Source of the DNA: Limnothrix sp. BL-A-16
GTDB taxonomy: Bacteria; Cyanobacteriota; Cyanobacteriia; CACIAM-69d
Length of the DNA: 64,000 nt
Assembly: GCA_041937175.2 (NCBI GenBank)
Contig: CP166615.1
Location: forward strand, 1,632,001-1,696,000
Direction of reading: 5' to 3'
Below are positions 18,597-27,992 of this stretch, one piece after another. Both the position numbers and the translations under genes were made by a program. The notes below the pieces were generated by a model. It was not told the DNA's origin, did no database searches, and was given only the letters and a program-made list of their open reading frames with translations. Within the stretch, counting starts at the first letter, position 1. Each line of letters begins with the position of its first letter.

Positions 18597-21500
18597 ATGC
18601 AGTCGCCAGGAAATTTGCCCGATCGGGAGCCGGATCAGCCCTCCGAGCTTGAGCCATCCCCACCCAGATCGCGCCGCCCCCAAAGGAATCGAAGATCCCT
18701 GTGGCGTTGGGTGGGACGGGCGGCCGTTTTGGGGTCGATCGGGCTGGTGGCCGGGGGCCTGGGGTTTGGTTGGTACTGGCTGCACTATCGATTTTCAGAT
18801 TTTTTGTCCGCGGCCCTCAGCGATGCCCTGATGCGGCCGGTGAAGGTGGGGCCCCTGACGGGGGTGTCTCTGGGCGGGCTGACCTTTGGGGAATCGGCCC
18901 TGTTGCCCACTGACCAGGATCCTGACCAGGCGAAGGCCGGTGCGGTTGAGGCCAGGTTTGATTTTTGGTCGATCGCCCAGTTGCCCAACTTGCTAGGCGA
19001 TCGCGTCATCCCGATCACGATTACCTTTCGGGAGCCGTCGGTGTATGTGGAGCAAACCAACGACGGCAATTTATTTGAAGTGCGCTTGAAGTCGGGCCCT
19101 AAGCCACCCTTTGAGCTGCGGCCCAGTCGGTTTGAGTTCCAAAATGCCCAGGTAACCTTGGTGCCTGCGCCGGCCTTGGTCAATCGACCCCGGCGATCGG
19201 CCCCGCCATTGCCCGTGAAGATCGTGGCTTCCGGTTCGGCGGATTTGGAGCAGTGGCGTGCTGGTCAGCCGGAATTGGCGAGGTTTTCGGTGTTGGGAAC
19301 CGTGGGGCAAGGGCGGCCCGGACAGTTTGACCTCAAAGGAGAGTTCAAAATTCCGACCCAGGAGTTGGCGGTGCGATCGCGCCTGCAAAACCTGGATGTG
19401 ACTGGATTAGCCCAGGCCATGCCCGCCCCGATGACGATCGAGCGGGGACGGGTGGATGGGGTGACCGATGGGCGATATCAATTGGGAACGGGCATTCCGG
19501 CACTTCAGGGCACGCTGCAACTGCGAGATTGGCGAATCACTAGCCCCCTCGTGCCCAAGCCCATGGCCCTGGCCACAGGGCGGTTGCGGTTGCGGGGGCC
19601 TGTTGTGACGCTGGATCAGGCCCAAGGTCAATATGGATCCTTGCAGGCGATCGCGAATGGGCCGGTGGATTTTTCAGGAACAGTGTTGAATCTGCAAAAT
19701 CCCCTAAAAACCACCCTGGAAGCTGAATATGATCTGACGTTGCGGGCGGAGGCATTGCGGCCGGCGGATGTGGCAACCACGCTCGATCAGACCTTGCCGC
19801 TCCCGATCGTGGGGCCAATGGAGGTGAATGCAAGGCTACGGGGAACGCTCGATCGCCCGCAAATTACCGGCAATTTCGTCTCGGTGGGCGGCTTACGGGT
19901 CGATCGCCTGGCCCTTCGGCGCGTTCAGGGCAATTTCTCCGCGATCGGCCAAGGATCGGAACCGCCCCAAAATTCTCCCCTGCGCCTGTTTGAAAATTGG
20001 CAAAGTCGGTTAGTGCGGGCCTTTCCCCTGGCGGCTCGGCTCGATCGGCTGCGCGTTGAACCAACGGCCGGGGGCACAATCACCGCCGATGGCTCGGCTC
20101 GTTTGTTGGCGAATGGGGCCTTGGATCGGTTGGGGATCGATCGGCTGTCGGCCGATTGGCGGGTTCAGAATCTGCCCCTGGCCCCGATCGCTCAAACCTA
20201 TGGCCTGAATTTACCCCAGGATCCGGGGCCGGTCTCCGTCACGGGGCGATCGCGCGGCAACCTAACCGCGCTGGACACAGAAGCCCGCACGGAACTGCTG
20301 GGCGGGCAAATCACAACGGCGGTGCAACTGCGCGATCGGGCTTGGGCTGGTTCAGCCCGGCTGCAAAATCTGCAAGTGGGGCAGGTGATTCCGCAACTCT
20401 CGGGCCAATTGACCGCCACGGCCCAAGCCCGGGGCACGTTGGATCGTCCCTTGGCCGGTTTGGCTGTGCAGGCGGCGGGCAACTTCCAGAATTTGGCCGG
20501 CGGCAAGCTGGATTGGGCCGCCCGGGCCACGGGCGATCGCTGGCAATTACAAACCCAGTTGGCGGGCATTCAGTTGGCGCGGATTGTACCCCAAGCCACC
20601 GGCCAACTCAGCAGCCAAGTCACGGCCCAAGGAACCGTGGCCGGCCTGTTGGCCCGCAATCCTGCTTCGATCGCGGCCCAAGTCACGGGGCAACTGCGGC
20701 CGGGCGATCGCTCCAGTTTGTTGACCGTTGCCCAGGCCAATTACCTCAACCAACGGCTGCCGATCGACTTTGCGGCCCGTTGGGATGGGCAAGCGATTCG
20801 GCTCGATCGGGCCGTGGGGCCCGGATTGCGGGCCGAAGGCTCCTTGTTTCCCTCCATTCCCCCACAACTGGCCGGCTTGCCCACCCTCCGCCATTTGGAT
20901 TTGCAAGTGGCGGTGCAAAACGTCAACTTGGAACCCTTACCCGGCTTGGTTCCCGATCTGATCCCGGCTGGGGTGCGGGATGCGTTTCGCGATCGGCCCC
21001 TGCTGGCGGGGCGGGCGAATTTTACCGGCCAGATCAATGGCCCCCTGGCCGGCTTACGGGCGATCGGGACGGCCAACCTGGTGGGCTTGGAAGCGGCGGG
21101 CGCAAATTTTAATCTGCTGATGAGCGGGCCCGTGGACGTGAGCTTGAATCGGGGATTGTCGATCGACCTGCGGGGCGAGTCCGATCGCCTGGCTCTGCGA
21201 CTCGATCGACAATTTCTACCCACCAGCCTTGATTTGCAATGGCAAGGGGCCACCGCCACCGGCCGCCGTCAAGGGCGAGATTTCTTGGCCGAGCTGGCAA
21301 ATTTGCAATTGGAGCGATTGCGTTGGCCCGCGGCCCTCACGGAACCGGCCGGCATTCCCCGAGGGACGATCGCCGCCCAAGCACGCTTGAACCTCGATCG
21401 CTTCACCGCCCAGGGTCAAATCAGCGCCGAACAACCGGGCGTGGGGGTGGCCTTTGGCGATCGATTCACTGGCCTGTTTGGGTATGCCAACAACCGCGCC

Positions 21501-23867
21501 GTGCTGACCGATGGCAAATTAATTCAAGGGGACAGTGAATATCTCGTGGGCGCGGAATTGGTGGTGGCCGCTGATCCGCGCTTCAAGGGCCAGGTACAAG
21601 CTCGCAACGGCAAGCTGGAAACCCTGATTCGGATCCTGCAACTAACGGATTTTGAATCCGCGGCCCAATGGGCCAAAAACCTGCGGCCGCCCACCTATGC
21701 CGCCGCTGCCCAGGTGGTTCCCTTGGCGGTGGAGGTGGCAGATCAACCCCTTGCCCAACAGTTGCGGAAGTTGGCGGAAATCAAGGCCCTGCTGAACCAG
21801 TCGATCGCCGATCGCTGCAATGCCAGCCCGATCGCCAATCTCGATCGCATCCGGGGCGGGTTTGGGGCCAATCTCACCTTCAACGGCAGCGTGCAAACGG
21901 GCATTGCCGCCAAGTTCAATCTCTCGGGTCGCGACTGGAGTTGGTTACCAGAAGAGGCCTGTAGCTTGGCTCAAGTGGCCCTGAATGCGGATCAGGTGGA
22001 TATTCGCGGCGACTTCCAAGACAACACCCTCACCCTGGCTCCCCTGGAATTTCGCCGCAACGATATCCTGCTGGCCTTTGCGGGGCAAATTGGCAAAACC
22101 CAATCGGGTCAATTTCAGCTCACCAACTTTCCCGCCGAATCCCTGGAAAGTATTCCCCAAGTGCGCGAACTTTACGGCCGCACCGGTTTGCCCCGCCTCA
22201 GTGGCCGGGTGAATATCACGGCGGCTCTGGCCGGCACGATCGACGATCCAAGGGCCGTGGGGCAAGTGGTGCTCAACAGCGGCAAACTGAACAACACCCC
22301 GATCGAAACGGCCACCAGCAACTTTAACTATGCCCAAGCGCGGCTAAATTTCAGCAGCGCCGTGGCGGTTCAAGGCAGCCAAGACAAGGATCCGATTGCG
22401 ATCACCGGCAGCATTCCCCAAAAGCTTCCCTTCGCCAAGGTGGAACCGGACAACAACAGCCTGCGCCTGAATGCCGAACTGGAAGATAAGGAACTGGGGT
22501 TGGCGAGCTTGCTCATTCCACAGTTCCAATGGCTGGGCGGTCAGGGGCGTGTGCGGCTGAGTGTGGGCGGAACCTTGGCCCAACCGCAGGCCACCGGAGA
22601 AGCCCAGTTTGCCAACGCGGCGATCGGGCTGCAGGGTCTCTCCCAAACCGTCACCAACATCAACGGCCAAGCCACTTTCACGGGCGATCGACTGGTGGTG
22701 AACGGCATCAACGGAGCCTTTGGCCAGGGGCAAATTCGGATGGGGGGCATCTTGCCCATTGCCGATACCAAGGCCCTCGGGCCCAATGATTCCCCCCTGA
22801 ACGTAGCGTTGGATCAATTGCAGCTTAATGTGCGGGATCTCTACGAAGGAGGCGTGAACGGCCAAATCAGCATCACGGGCACGGCCCTCAAGCCGATCGT
22901 GGGCGGCAGCCTGGGTCTGGTCAATGGTCGGGTGATCTTGCCCACGGATCCGGCGGCCCTGATGGCCAGCGCACCCAATGCCGCCACCGTGGGGATTACG
23001 CCTCGCTTCCAAAACCTGCAAGTGAACTTGGGCCGGGGTCTGCAAATTTTGAAATTGCCCGTGTTGAATTTTCTGGCGGAGGGGGGCTTGGAGCTGAACG
23101 GAACCTTGGCCGATCCGCGCCCCAGCGGCCGCATTCGACTGCAACGGGGCTTAATTAACCTGTTCACCACGCAATTCACCCTGGAGCGCGGCGAACCTCA
23201 ATTTGCGGAATTTCGTCCCCGATCGGGTCTGGATCCCTACCTGGATGTGAAGATGGTGGCCTTTGTGCCCGACTCCAGCCGCAACCCCCTGCAAACGGAC
23301 AACACCAGCGGCTTCAACCCCGCCGAAATTCGAGAAAGTGTGGTTGGATCCATGGGTTCCGCTCGCACCGTTCGGATTAAGGCCACCGTCCAAGGTCGCG
23401 CCAGCCAACTGCTCGATCAAATTCGCCTCACCAGTCGGCCCGCCCGCAGCGAGGCGCAAATTTTGGCCCTGATTGGTGGCAGCTTAATTAATACCTTTGA
23501 CGATCGCAGCGGTGGGGCCGTGGTGCTGGCTAACTTGGCCGGCGCTGGGTTGCTCAACAACATTCAAACCAACATTGCCACCGCGATCGGGCTGACGGAT
23601 TTTCGGATTTATCCCACCACCGTCACTGCTCGGCCCCGGGGCGATAATAACCGGAACGATCGAGCCACCGCCCTGGGTCTCGGCATTGAAGCGGGCGTTG
23701 ATTTGAATAACAATCTCTCCGTTTCGATCGCTCAGATCATCTCGGAGATTAACAACACCACCCGTCTCAATCTGGACTATCGCCTCAACGACGACACCGT
23801 AATTCGCGGCTCCACAGACTTTGCGGGCGAGTCGCGTCTTTCGGTGCAATTCGAGCGCCGCTTTTAG
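18597..23867 (+). CDS. tamB: Translocation/assembly module TamB (DUF490 C-terminus)
   Basis: 1756 aa; single N-terminal TM; long beta-rich repeats; C-terminal GLINLFTTQF...DPYLDV...LTSRPARSEAQILALIGG...FERRF. Confidence 0.88.
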   Translation: MQSPGNLPDREPDQPSELEPSPPRSRRPQRNRRSLWRWVGRAAVLGSIGLVAGGLGFGWYWLHYRFSDFLSAALSDALMRPVKVGPLTGVSLGGLTFGESALLPTDQDPDQAKAGAVEARFDFWSIAQLPNLLGDRVIPITITFREPSVYVEQTNDGNLFEVRLKSGPKPPFELRPSRFEFQNAQVTLVPAPALVNRPRRSAPPLPVKIVASGSADLEQWRAGQPELARFSVLGTVGQGRPGQFDLKGEFKIPTQELAVRSRLQNLDVTGLAQAMPAPMTIERGRVDGVTDGRYQLGTGIPALQGTLQLRDWRITSPLVPKPMALATGRLRLRGPVVTLDQAQGQYGSLQAIANGPVDFSGTVLNLQNPLKTTLEAEYDLTLRAEALRPADVATTLDQTLPLPIVGPMEVNARLRGTLDRPQITGNFVSVGGLRVDRLALRRVQGNFSAIGQGSEPPQNSPLRLFENWQSRLVRAFPLAARLDRLRVEPTAGGTITADGSARLLANGALDRLGIDRLSADWRVQNLPLAPIAQTYGLNLPQDPGPVSVTGRSRGNLTALDTEARTELLGGQITTAVQLRDRAWAGSARLQNLQVGQVIPQLSGQLTATAQARGTLDRPLAGLAVQAAGNFQNLAGGKLDWAARATGDRWQLQTQLAGIQLARIVPQATGQLSSQVTAQGTVAGLLARNPASIAAQVTGQLRPGDRSSLLTVAQANYLNQRLPIDFAARWDGQAIRLDRAVGPGLRAEGSLFPSIPPQLAGLPTLRHLDLQVAVQNVNLEPLPGLVPDLIPAGVRDAFRDRPLLAGRANFTGQINGPLAGLRAIGTANLVGLEAAGANFNLLMSGPVDVSLNRGLSIDLRGESDRLALRLDRQFLPTSLDLQWQGATATGRRQGRDFLAELANLQLERLRWPAALTEPAGIPRGTIAAQARLNLDRFTAQGQISAEQPGVGVAFGDRFTGLFGYANNRAVLTDGKLIQGDSEYLVGAELVVAADPRFKGQVQARNGKLETLIRILQLTDFESAAQWAKNLRPPTYAAAAQVVPLAVEVADQPLAQQLRKLAEIKALLNQSIADRCNASPIANLDRIRGGFGANLTFNGSVQTGIAAKFNLSGRDWSWLPEEACSLAQVALNADQVDIRGDFQDNTLTLAPLEFRRNDILLAFAGQIGKTQSGQFQLTNFPAESLESIPQVRELYGRTGLPRLSGRVNITAALAGTIDDPRAVGQVVLNSGKLNNTPIETATSNFNYAQARLNFSSAVAVQGSQDKDPIAITGSIPQKLPFAKVEPDNNSLRLNAELEDKELGLASLLIPQFQWLGGQGRVRLSVGGTLAQPQATGEAQFANAAIGLQGLSQTVTNINGQATFTGDRLVVNGINGAFGQGQIRMGGILPIADTKALGPNDSPLNVALDQLQLNVRDLYEGGVNGQISITGTALKPIVGGSLGLVNGRVILPTDPAALMASAPNAATVGITPRFQNLQVNLGRGLQILKLPVLNFLAEGGLELNGTLADPRPSGRIRLQRGLINLFTTQFTLERGEPQFAEFRPRSGLDPYLDVKMVAFVPDSSRNPLQTDNTSGFNPAEIRESVVGSMGSARTVRIKATVQGRASQLLDQIRLTSRPARSEAQILALIGGSLINTFDDRSGGAVVLANLAGAGLLNNIQTNIATAIGLTDFRIYPTTVTARPRGDNNRNDRATALGLGIEAGVDLNNNLSVSIAQIISEINNTTRLNLDYRLNDDTVIRGSTDFAGESRLSVQFERRF

Positions 23868-23959
23868 GGGGCTAGTCCAGTCCCTAGCAATCAGCCATAG
23901 CCGATTTGTCTGCGCATTTATCTATCGAACTCTTGCCCAACCCCTGCCAAACTCTCACC

Positions 23960-24067
23960 AGACAAGGGGCTTAAGCCCCTTGTCTCCACCATTTCAGCCC
24001 TTTGTCTCCACCATTTCAGCCCCTTGTCTCCGCCATCTCAGACCTTTGTCTCCGCCATCTCAGACCT
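23960..24067. repeat. 26-bp palindrome followed by a 22-bp tandem repeat x4
   Basis: AGACAAGGGGCTTAAGCCCCTTGTCT at 23960-23985; units AGCCCCTTGTCTCCACCATTTC at 23974, 23996, 24018 and 24040, progressively diverging. Confidence 0.92.
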
Positions 24068-24101
24068 CTCAGGCCTTTGTTCCCAGAATCTTGCAGCGCA
24101 C

Positions 24102-25130
24102 CTAGCGAGCTGCCGCCGCCAGATAGCGGGCAATTTCCATCAGTTGATCCTTGGGAAACGTGGAAATCAGAATCCGAGCAGCACCCTTGGGATCCCGGGG
24201 AATGCTGACTTGTCCATTGGCCGGGGCTGGGGCCGGAGTAGCGGCCGGAGCGGCTGGGGTCGCGGCGGGAGCGGCCGCAGCGGCTGCGGCGGCCGGTGGA
24301 GCAAATTTTTGGAGTTCTGGGCCCAGGGTGATGCTGTGGCCTTTGCCCCCGGCCATTAACTCAGTGGCCTGTTTCAGCTCCCGCACCACGATCGGGGCGA
24401 TCGCATTGAAGGGCACTTTGGGATGGGCGATCGCCCGGCGGGTGGCTTGGATCAGGGTTTGCCAAGTGGCATAGCCATCACCCAATTGCAGCAGCTTTTG
24501 ACAGAGGCGATCGAGCTGTGCGCGCAACTCCGGCGTGGCCGGCTGCCTAAACAGCACCACCATTTGCTTCAGCGCTTCCATCACCAACGGGCCAAAATTG
24601 GCCGGCAGTGGCTTAGCCGCCGTCGCAGGCGCTGGGGCAGGTGTTTCCGGTTCGCCCGCTGCCCGCTTCTTAATTCGCGCGTACAAAGCTTCCAGAGATG
24701 GGCGCAGACTGTCCACGGCCGGAACCGCTTGATCATCGCTGTAGTTGCCGCTCTCCAGGGCCCGGGTCAATTTCTCCAAAAGGGCAATGCCATTTGTGAA
24801 ATCTCCGTGATCCTTAGCATCTAACTTGATAGGGTTCTCGCGCAGGAATTTAAAACAGTTTTCAAGCAACAAAGCCAGGTGGCGCATTCCCTCAAAGCCA
24901 AGCATGGCCGCACTGCCCTTAATGGTGTGGGCGGCTCGGTAGATGGTGTTGCACTCCTCATATTCTTCGATGACTGCTTGCAAGTTCCCCAGGGCCGCCT
25001 GCATCGCCTCCAGATGCTCATTGGCTTCCATGATGAAGTACTTGACAACTTGTTCGTTACCACTCACGGGCGGCACTCCTCGCGACGACAGGACGGAAGC
25101 AGCGGCCGGACTAGGATCTGAGGCAATCAA
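24102..25130 (-). CDS. Stand-alone Hpt-domain protein
   Basis: YFIMEANEHL...IYRAAHTIKGSAAMLGF phosphoacceptor motif; Pro/Ala linkers; start uncertain. Confidence 0.85.
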   Translation of the reverse strand: MIASDPSPAAASVLSSRGVPPVSGNEQVVKYFIMEANEHLEAMQAALGNLQAVIEEYEECNTIYRAAHTIKGSAAMLGFEGMRHLALLLENCFKFLRENPIKLDAKDHGDFTNGIALLEKLTRALESGNYSDDQAVPAVDSLRPSLEALYARIKKRAAGEPETPAPAPATAAKPLPANFGPLVMEALKQMVVLFRQPATPELRAQLDRLCQKLLQLGDGYATWQTLIQATRRAIAHPKVPFNAIAPIVVRELKQATELMAGGKGHSITLGPELQKFAPPAAAAAAAAPAATPAAPAATPAPAPANGQVSIPRDPKGAARILISTFPKDQLMEIARYLAAAAR

Positions 25131-25169
25131 AAGGGGGGCAAAACCCCTGGAAGATGTGATGCCACTGAA

Positions 25170-26396
25170 CTAGCCCGCGTTGGTTGGCACGGCTGGGGAA
25201 TAGCTACGCCCGCGCCACTGCGTCGGCGTTTGCACCGATGATAGCCCAATTCTCAGGGCGGCCAAGGGATCCGCCAAGGGCGACAAGAAGAAAAGCCAGG
25301 GAAGCTTTGCGCCGCTGAGGTTATAGGACGGTGCGATCGCCCAATTTAAGGCAAATCGGATGAGCAACAGCGCCAGATTCAGGCCCCAGGCGGCGGTTAC
25401 CAACCAGGAAGCACTGGCACAGGCCGGCTCGAATAATAACAATACCAAGGGTAAGGGCAAGCCCTGCACTGCTAACAAAAAGAGACAATCCCCCAGGGTT
25501 TGGGCCCGAGGGCTGGCATCCTTAAGATCGAGCGATCGGCCCCACTCTCTCCAGGTTTCGGCGGCCCCTTCATACATGCGCACCTCGATCAGCTTGCCCC
25601 CATCCAAAAAGCCCACCTTCATCCCTTGGACCGCCGCCGCCCGCGCCAGGGTCACATCATCACAAAAAGACCCCCGAGCGCTGCTATAGCCGCCCAAGTC
25701 CACGAGCCGATCGCGCCGCACCAAAAAGCATTGACCATTGGCCATGGTGCGAGTGGGCCCCCCGATCGAGCTGCCCGCCGGCCCAAACCGATACACCAGC
25801 GTCATCAACAGGGCCGGTTGCAAAATCAGCTCACCGGGGGTTTGCAGCAAAAAGCGCGGCGAAAAAGAAACCAGGTCATAGCCCCCCGCTTCGGCCGCCG
25901 CGATCGCCGCCGACACCAAGCCTGCCTTGGGCCTCGTATCCGCATCAATCCCTAAAATCCAACGACTTTGTTCGTTGCTGTGGCGAAATCCTGTGTGCAA
26001 CGCCCAGGGCCGCCCCACCCAATCCCCCGGCAAGGGATCATCCGGCAACAATCGCAGGCGGGGATCTTGGCGGCCGGCGGCCTTCACCAGTTCCGGCGTG
26101 CCATCGGTGGAGTCGCTGTCAATCACCAAAATTTCCCGCACCTCGTAGCCCTGAAGCCCCAAGCCCGTTAGGCAGGGCCCCAGCCTGGCCGCCTCGTTCA
26201 GGGTGGGCACCAGGATGCTGACGGAACCAAGCTGGTCGTGGGTGGTGTCCCTGGGTTGCAGGGGCTGTTGGCGACCGGGGCCTTGCATTAACCGAGCCAA
26301 CAAAATGGCAACGGCCGGAAGCTGCACCAATAACAACCCAAGGGCGATCGCCCCCCAAACTACCGCTCCGGTCTCAGTTTCCGCTCCGGTCACCAT
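25170..26396 (-). CDS. cruG: Myxoxanthophyll 2'-O-glycosyltransferase (GT2)
   Basis: LVPTLNEA, DSDSTDGT, WVGRPWAL, GIDADT, ANGQC, FCDDVTLAR, EWGRSLDLKD motifs; adjacent to cruF. Confidence 0.85.
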   Translation of the reverse strand: MVTGAETETGAVVWGAIALGLLLVQLPAVAILLARLMQGPGRQQPLQPRDTTHDQLGSVSILVPTLNEAARLGPCLTGLGLQGYEVREILVIDSDSTDGTPELVKAAGRQDPRLRLLPDDPLPGDWVGRPWALHTGFRHSNEQSRWILGIDADTRPKAGLVSAAIAAAEAGGYDLVSFSPRFLLQTPGELILQPALLMTLVYRFGPAGSSIGGPTRTMANGQCFLVRRDRLVDLGGYSSARGSFCDDVTLARAAAVQGMKVGFLDGGKLIEVRMYEGAAETWREWGRSLDLKDASPRAQTLGDCLFLLAVQGLPLPLVLLLFEPACASASWLVTAAWGLNLALLLIRFALNWAIAPSYNLSGAKLPWLFFLSPLADPLAALRIGLSSVQTPTQWRGRSYSPAVPTNAG

Positions 26397-26720
26397 GCTG
26401 CTGTTCTCCAGTGGGATTGATCGCAAAGGGCGATCGAAACAAGGCGCAATATCAAGCGCAATATAAGGCGAAATTCGTCAGCCCAAGGCATTCGTGAACA
26501 CCCGTCAGGCTCTCAACGTGAATTTTACAGGGGGCTTGCGGCCAATTGGAGCTTGCATCCCTGGCTGAATGGTTTGCTGAACCTCTGGTTGGATTTCTGG
26601 CTGAATGCTTCGCTGAACAACAACCCCCCGCACCCGCTCAGAGGGGATTGGGGGGAAAGATTGGAGTTATGGTGCGATCGGCCAAAAGCGGCCAAGCTCC
26701 CGTTCGTTACTGAGCAACCA

Positions 26721-27650
26721 CTACTTAGCAACCACTTCCAGCGGGGGAGCATTCAGGGGCGCAGTCTCCGCCGATTCCGCATTGGGAGCCTCCGTCGGCG
26801 CGATCGCCCACAACAGCACCGCCGGCAACACCCCGATCGCCACACTCATCATCGTGGGCACCAGGAAGCCCGGATCCAGCGAAAACACCGTAATTGCTGC
26901 CCCAAAGGCAAAATTCACCAGATAGACAATCACCGGAACCGTCAGTTGCGATCGGGTCAAATTCAACCGCTGACCACGCCACAACAGCGCCGCCACCGAC
27001 ATAAACACCATCCCCGTCGCCACCCAACCCGACAGGTTGCGATAGGGCATTCCAAAGAACTCGCCAATTTCCTCAAATTCCCAGAAGGGCAGCGACGTTT
27101 GGCTCATGGCCGGATCCAACACCAGATCCCAAGCCATCAGCAACACCGCACCACCCACCACGGCCCCCGCCTGGCGCAGCAGTCCCGGCAAATTCAAACG
27201 CTCCAGCCCGACCATCACCAGCAGGTAGCAAACCGCACCCATATAAAACCAAGACAGCGGAATCGTGAACGGCACTAAACCCGCAACCTTATATCCCAAC
27301 CCCGACAGGTAGTGATAGTGGCCAAAGGGGAAGCCTGTGCTGGTTCCAAGCAGTTCGCTACCCAAGGACAAGCCCACCGAGGGCAAGAAAAACAGCAACA
27401 TCCGTTGCCAACCCAAAACGCGGGCCAGGTACAGGGCCACGGCCGCTGCACCCAGGATGATGTAGCCAACACCCCCCTGACCCATACTCCATTGAAAAAA
27501 TTGGATCCCAATGGGCGGCAAGCTGGCGATCAGGTCAGGACGAGGCAAGACGTACAGCAACCCAGCCAGGCCAAACGCCATGGCAATAATGTGACCTATC
27601 AGGCAAGCGCGCTCAATCAACGAGAGCGGCTGTTGGGGCAGTGACTTCAT
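26721..27650 (-). CDS. cruF: Carotenoid 1',2'-hydratase (gamma-carotene 1'-hydroxylase)
   Basis: SELLGTSTGFPFGHYHYLSGLGYK, VPFTIPLSWFY, WDLVLDPAMSQ, FFGMPYRNLSGW motifs; paired with cruG. Confidence 0.88.
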   Translation of the reverse strand: MKSLPQQPLSLIERACLIGHIIAMAFGLAGLLYVLPRPDLIASLPPIGIQFFQWSMGQGGVGYIILGAAAVALYLARVLGWQRMLLFFLPSVGLSLGSELLGTSTGFPFGHYHYLSGLGYKVAGLVPFTIPLSWFYMGAVCYLLVMVGLERLNLPGLLRQAGAVVGGAVLLMAWDLVLDPAMSQTSLPFWEFEEIGEFFGMPYRNLSGWVATGMVFMSVAALLWRGQRLNLTRSQLTVPVIVYLVNFAFGAAITVFSLDPGFLVPTMMSVAIGVLPAVLLWAIAPTEAPNAESAETAPLNAPPLEVVAK

Positions 27651-27828
27651 GACACTCCTCAAAGTTTCGAGACACCGATCGCATCCGGCCAGTCGGGCCC
27701 GGATGGTGTCTAACTAGTTTACGAATCTTTAAGAGGATTTTTTAAAAAAGATGAGATTTTGCCAATCCAAGGCCGATCATTCCCCTGGATTGCTGCCAGC
27801 TCAGCCGAATCATGACCAACGCCTGGAG

Positions 27829-27923
27829 TGATGCCAATTTCGAGCGTCAATGCTACAAATCCTCCGCTGAAACCCTTATCAGACAAGAATCTTGAGTAGC
27901 GTCAATTCACGAAATTGGTATTA
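27829..27923. mobile_element. Degenerate MITE family C (95 bp)
   Basis: TIR TGATGCCAATTTCG...CGAAATTGGTATTA (12/14, extending to 20/28); flanks ACGCCTGGAG / GCCCCAGGAG match 7/10, a possible decayed 10-bp TSD. Confidence 0.6.
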
Positions 27924-27992
27924 GCCCCAGGAGTTGCCCTCAGGGATTGACCGCAAGGGGGTGACCTTAAGGGCTTCATTGGATGCCAGCCC

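Noticed and set aside
26441..26620. Degenerate 12-bp repeats between cruF and cruG
   Set aside because: Low-complexity short tandem repeats common in cyanobacterial spacers; no further structure
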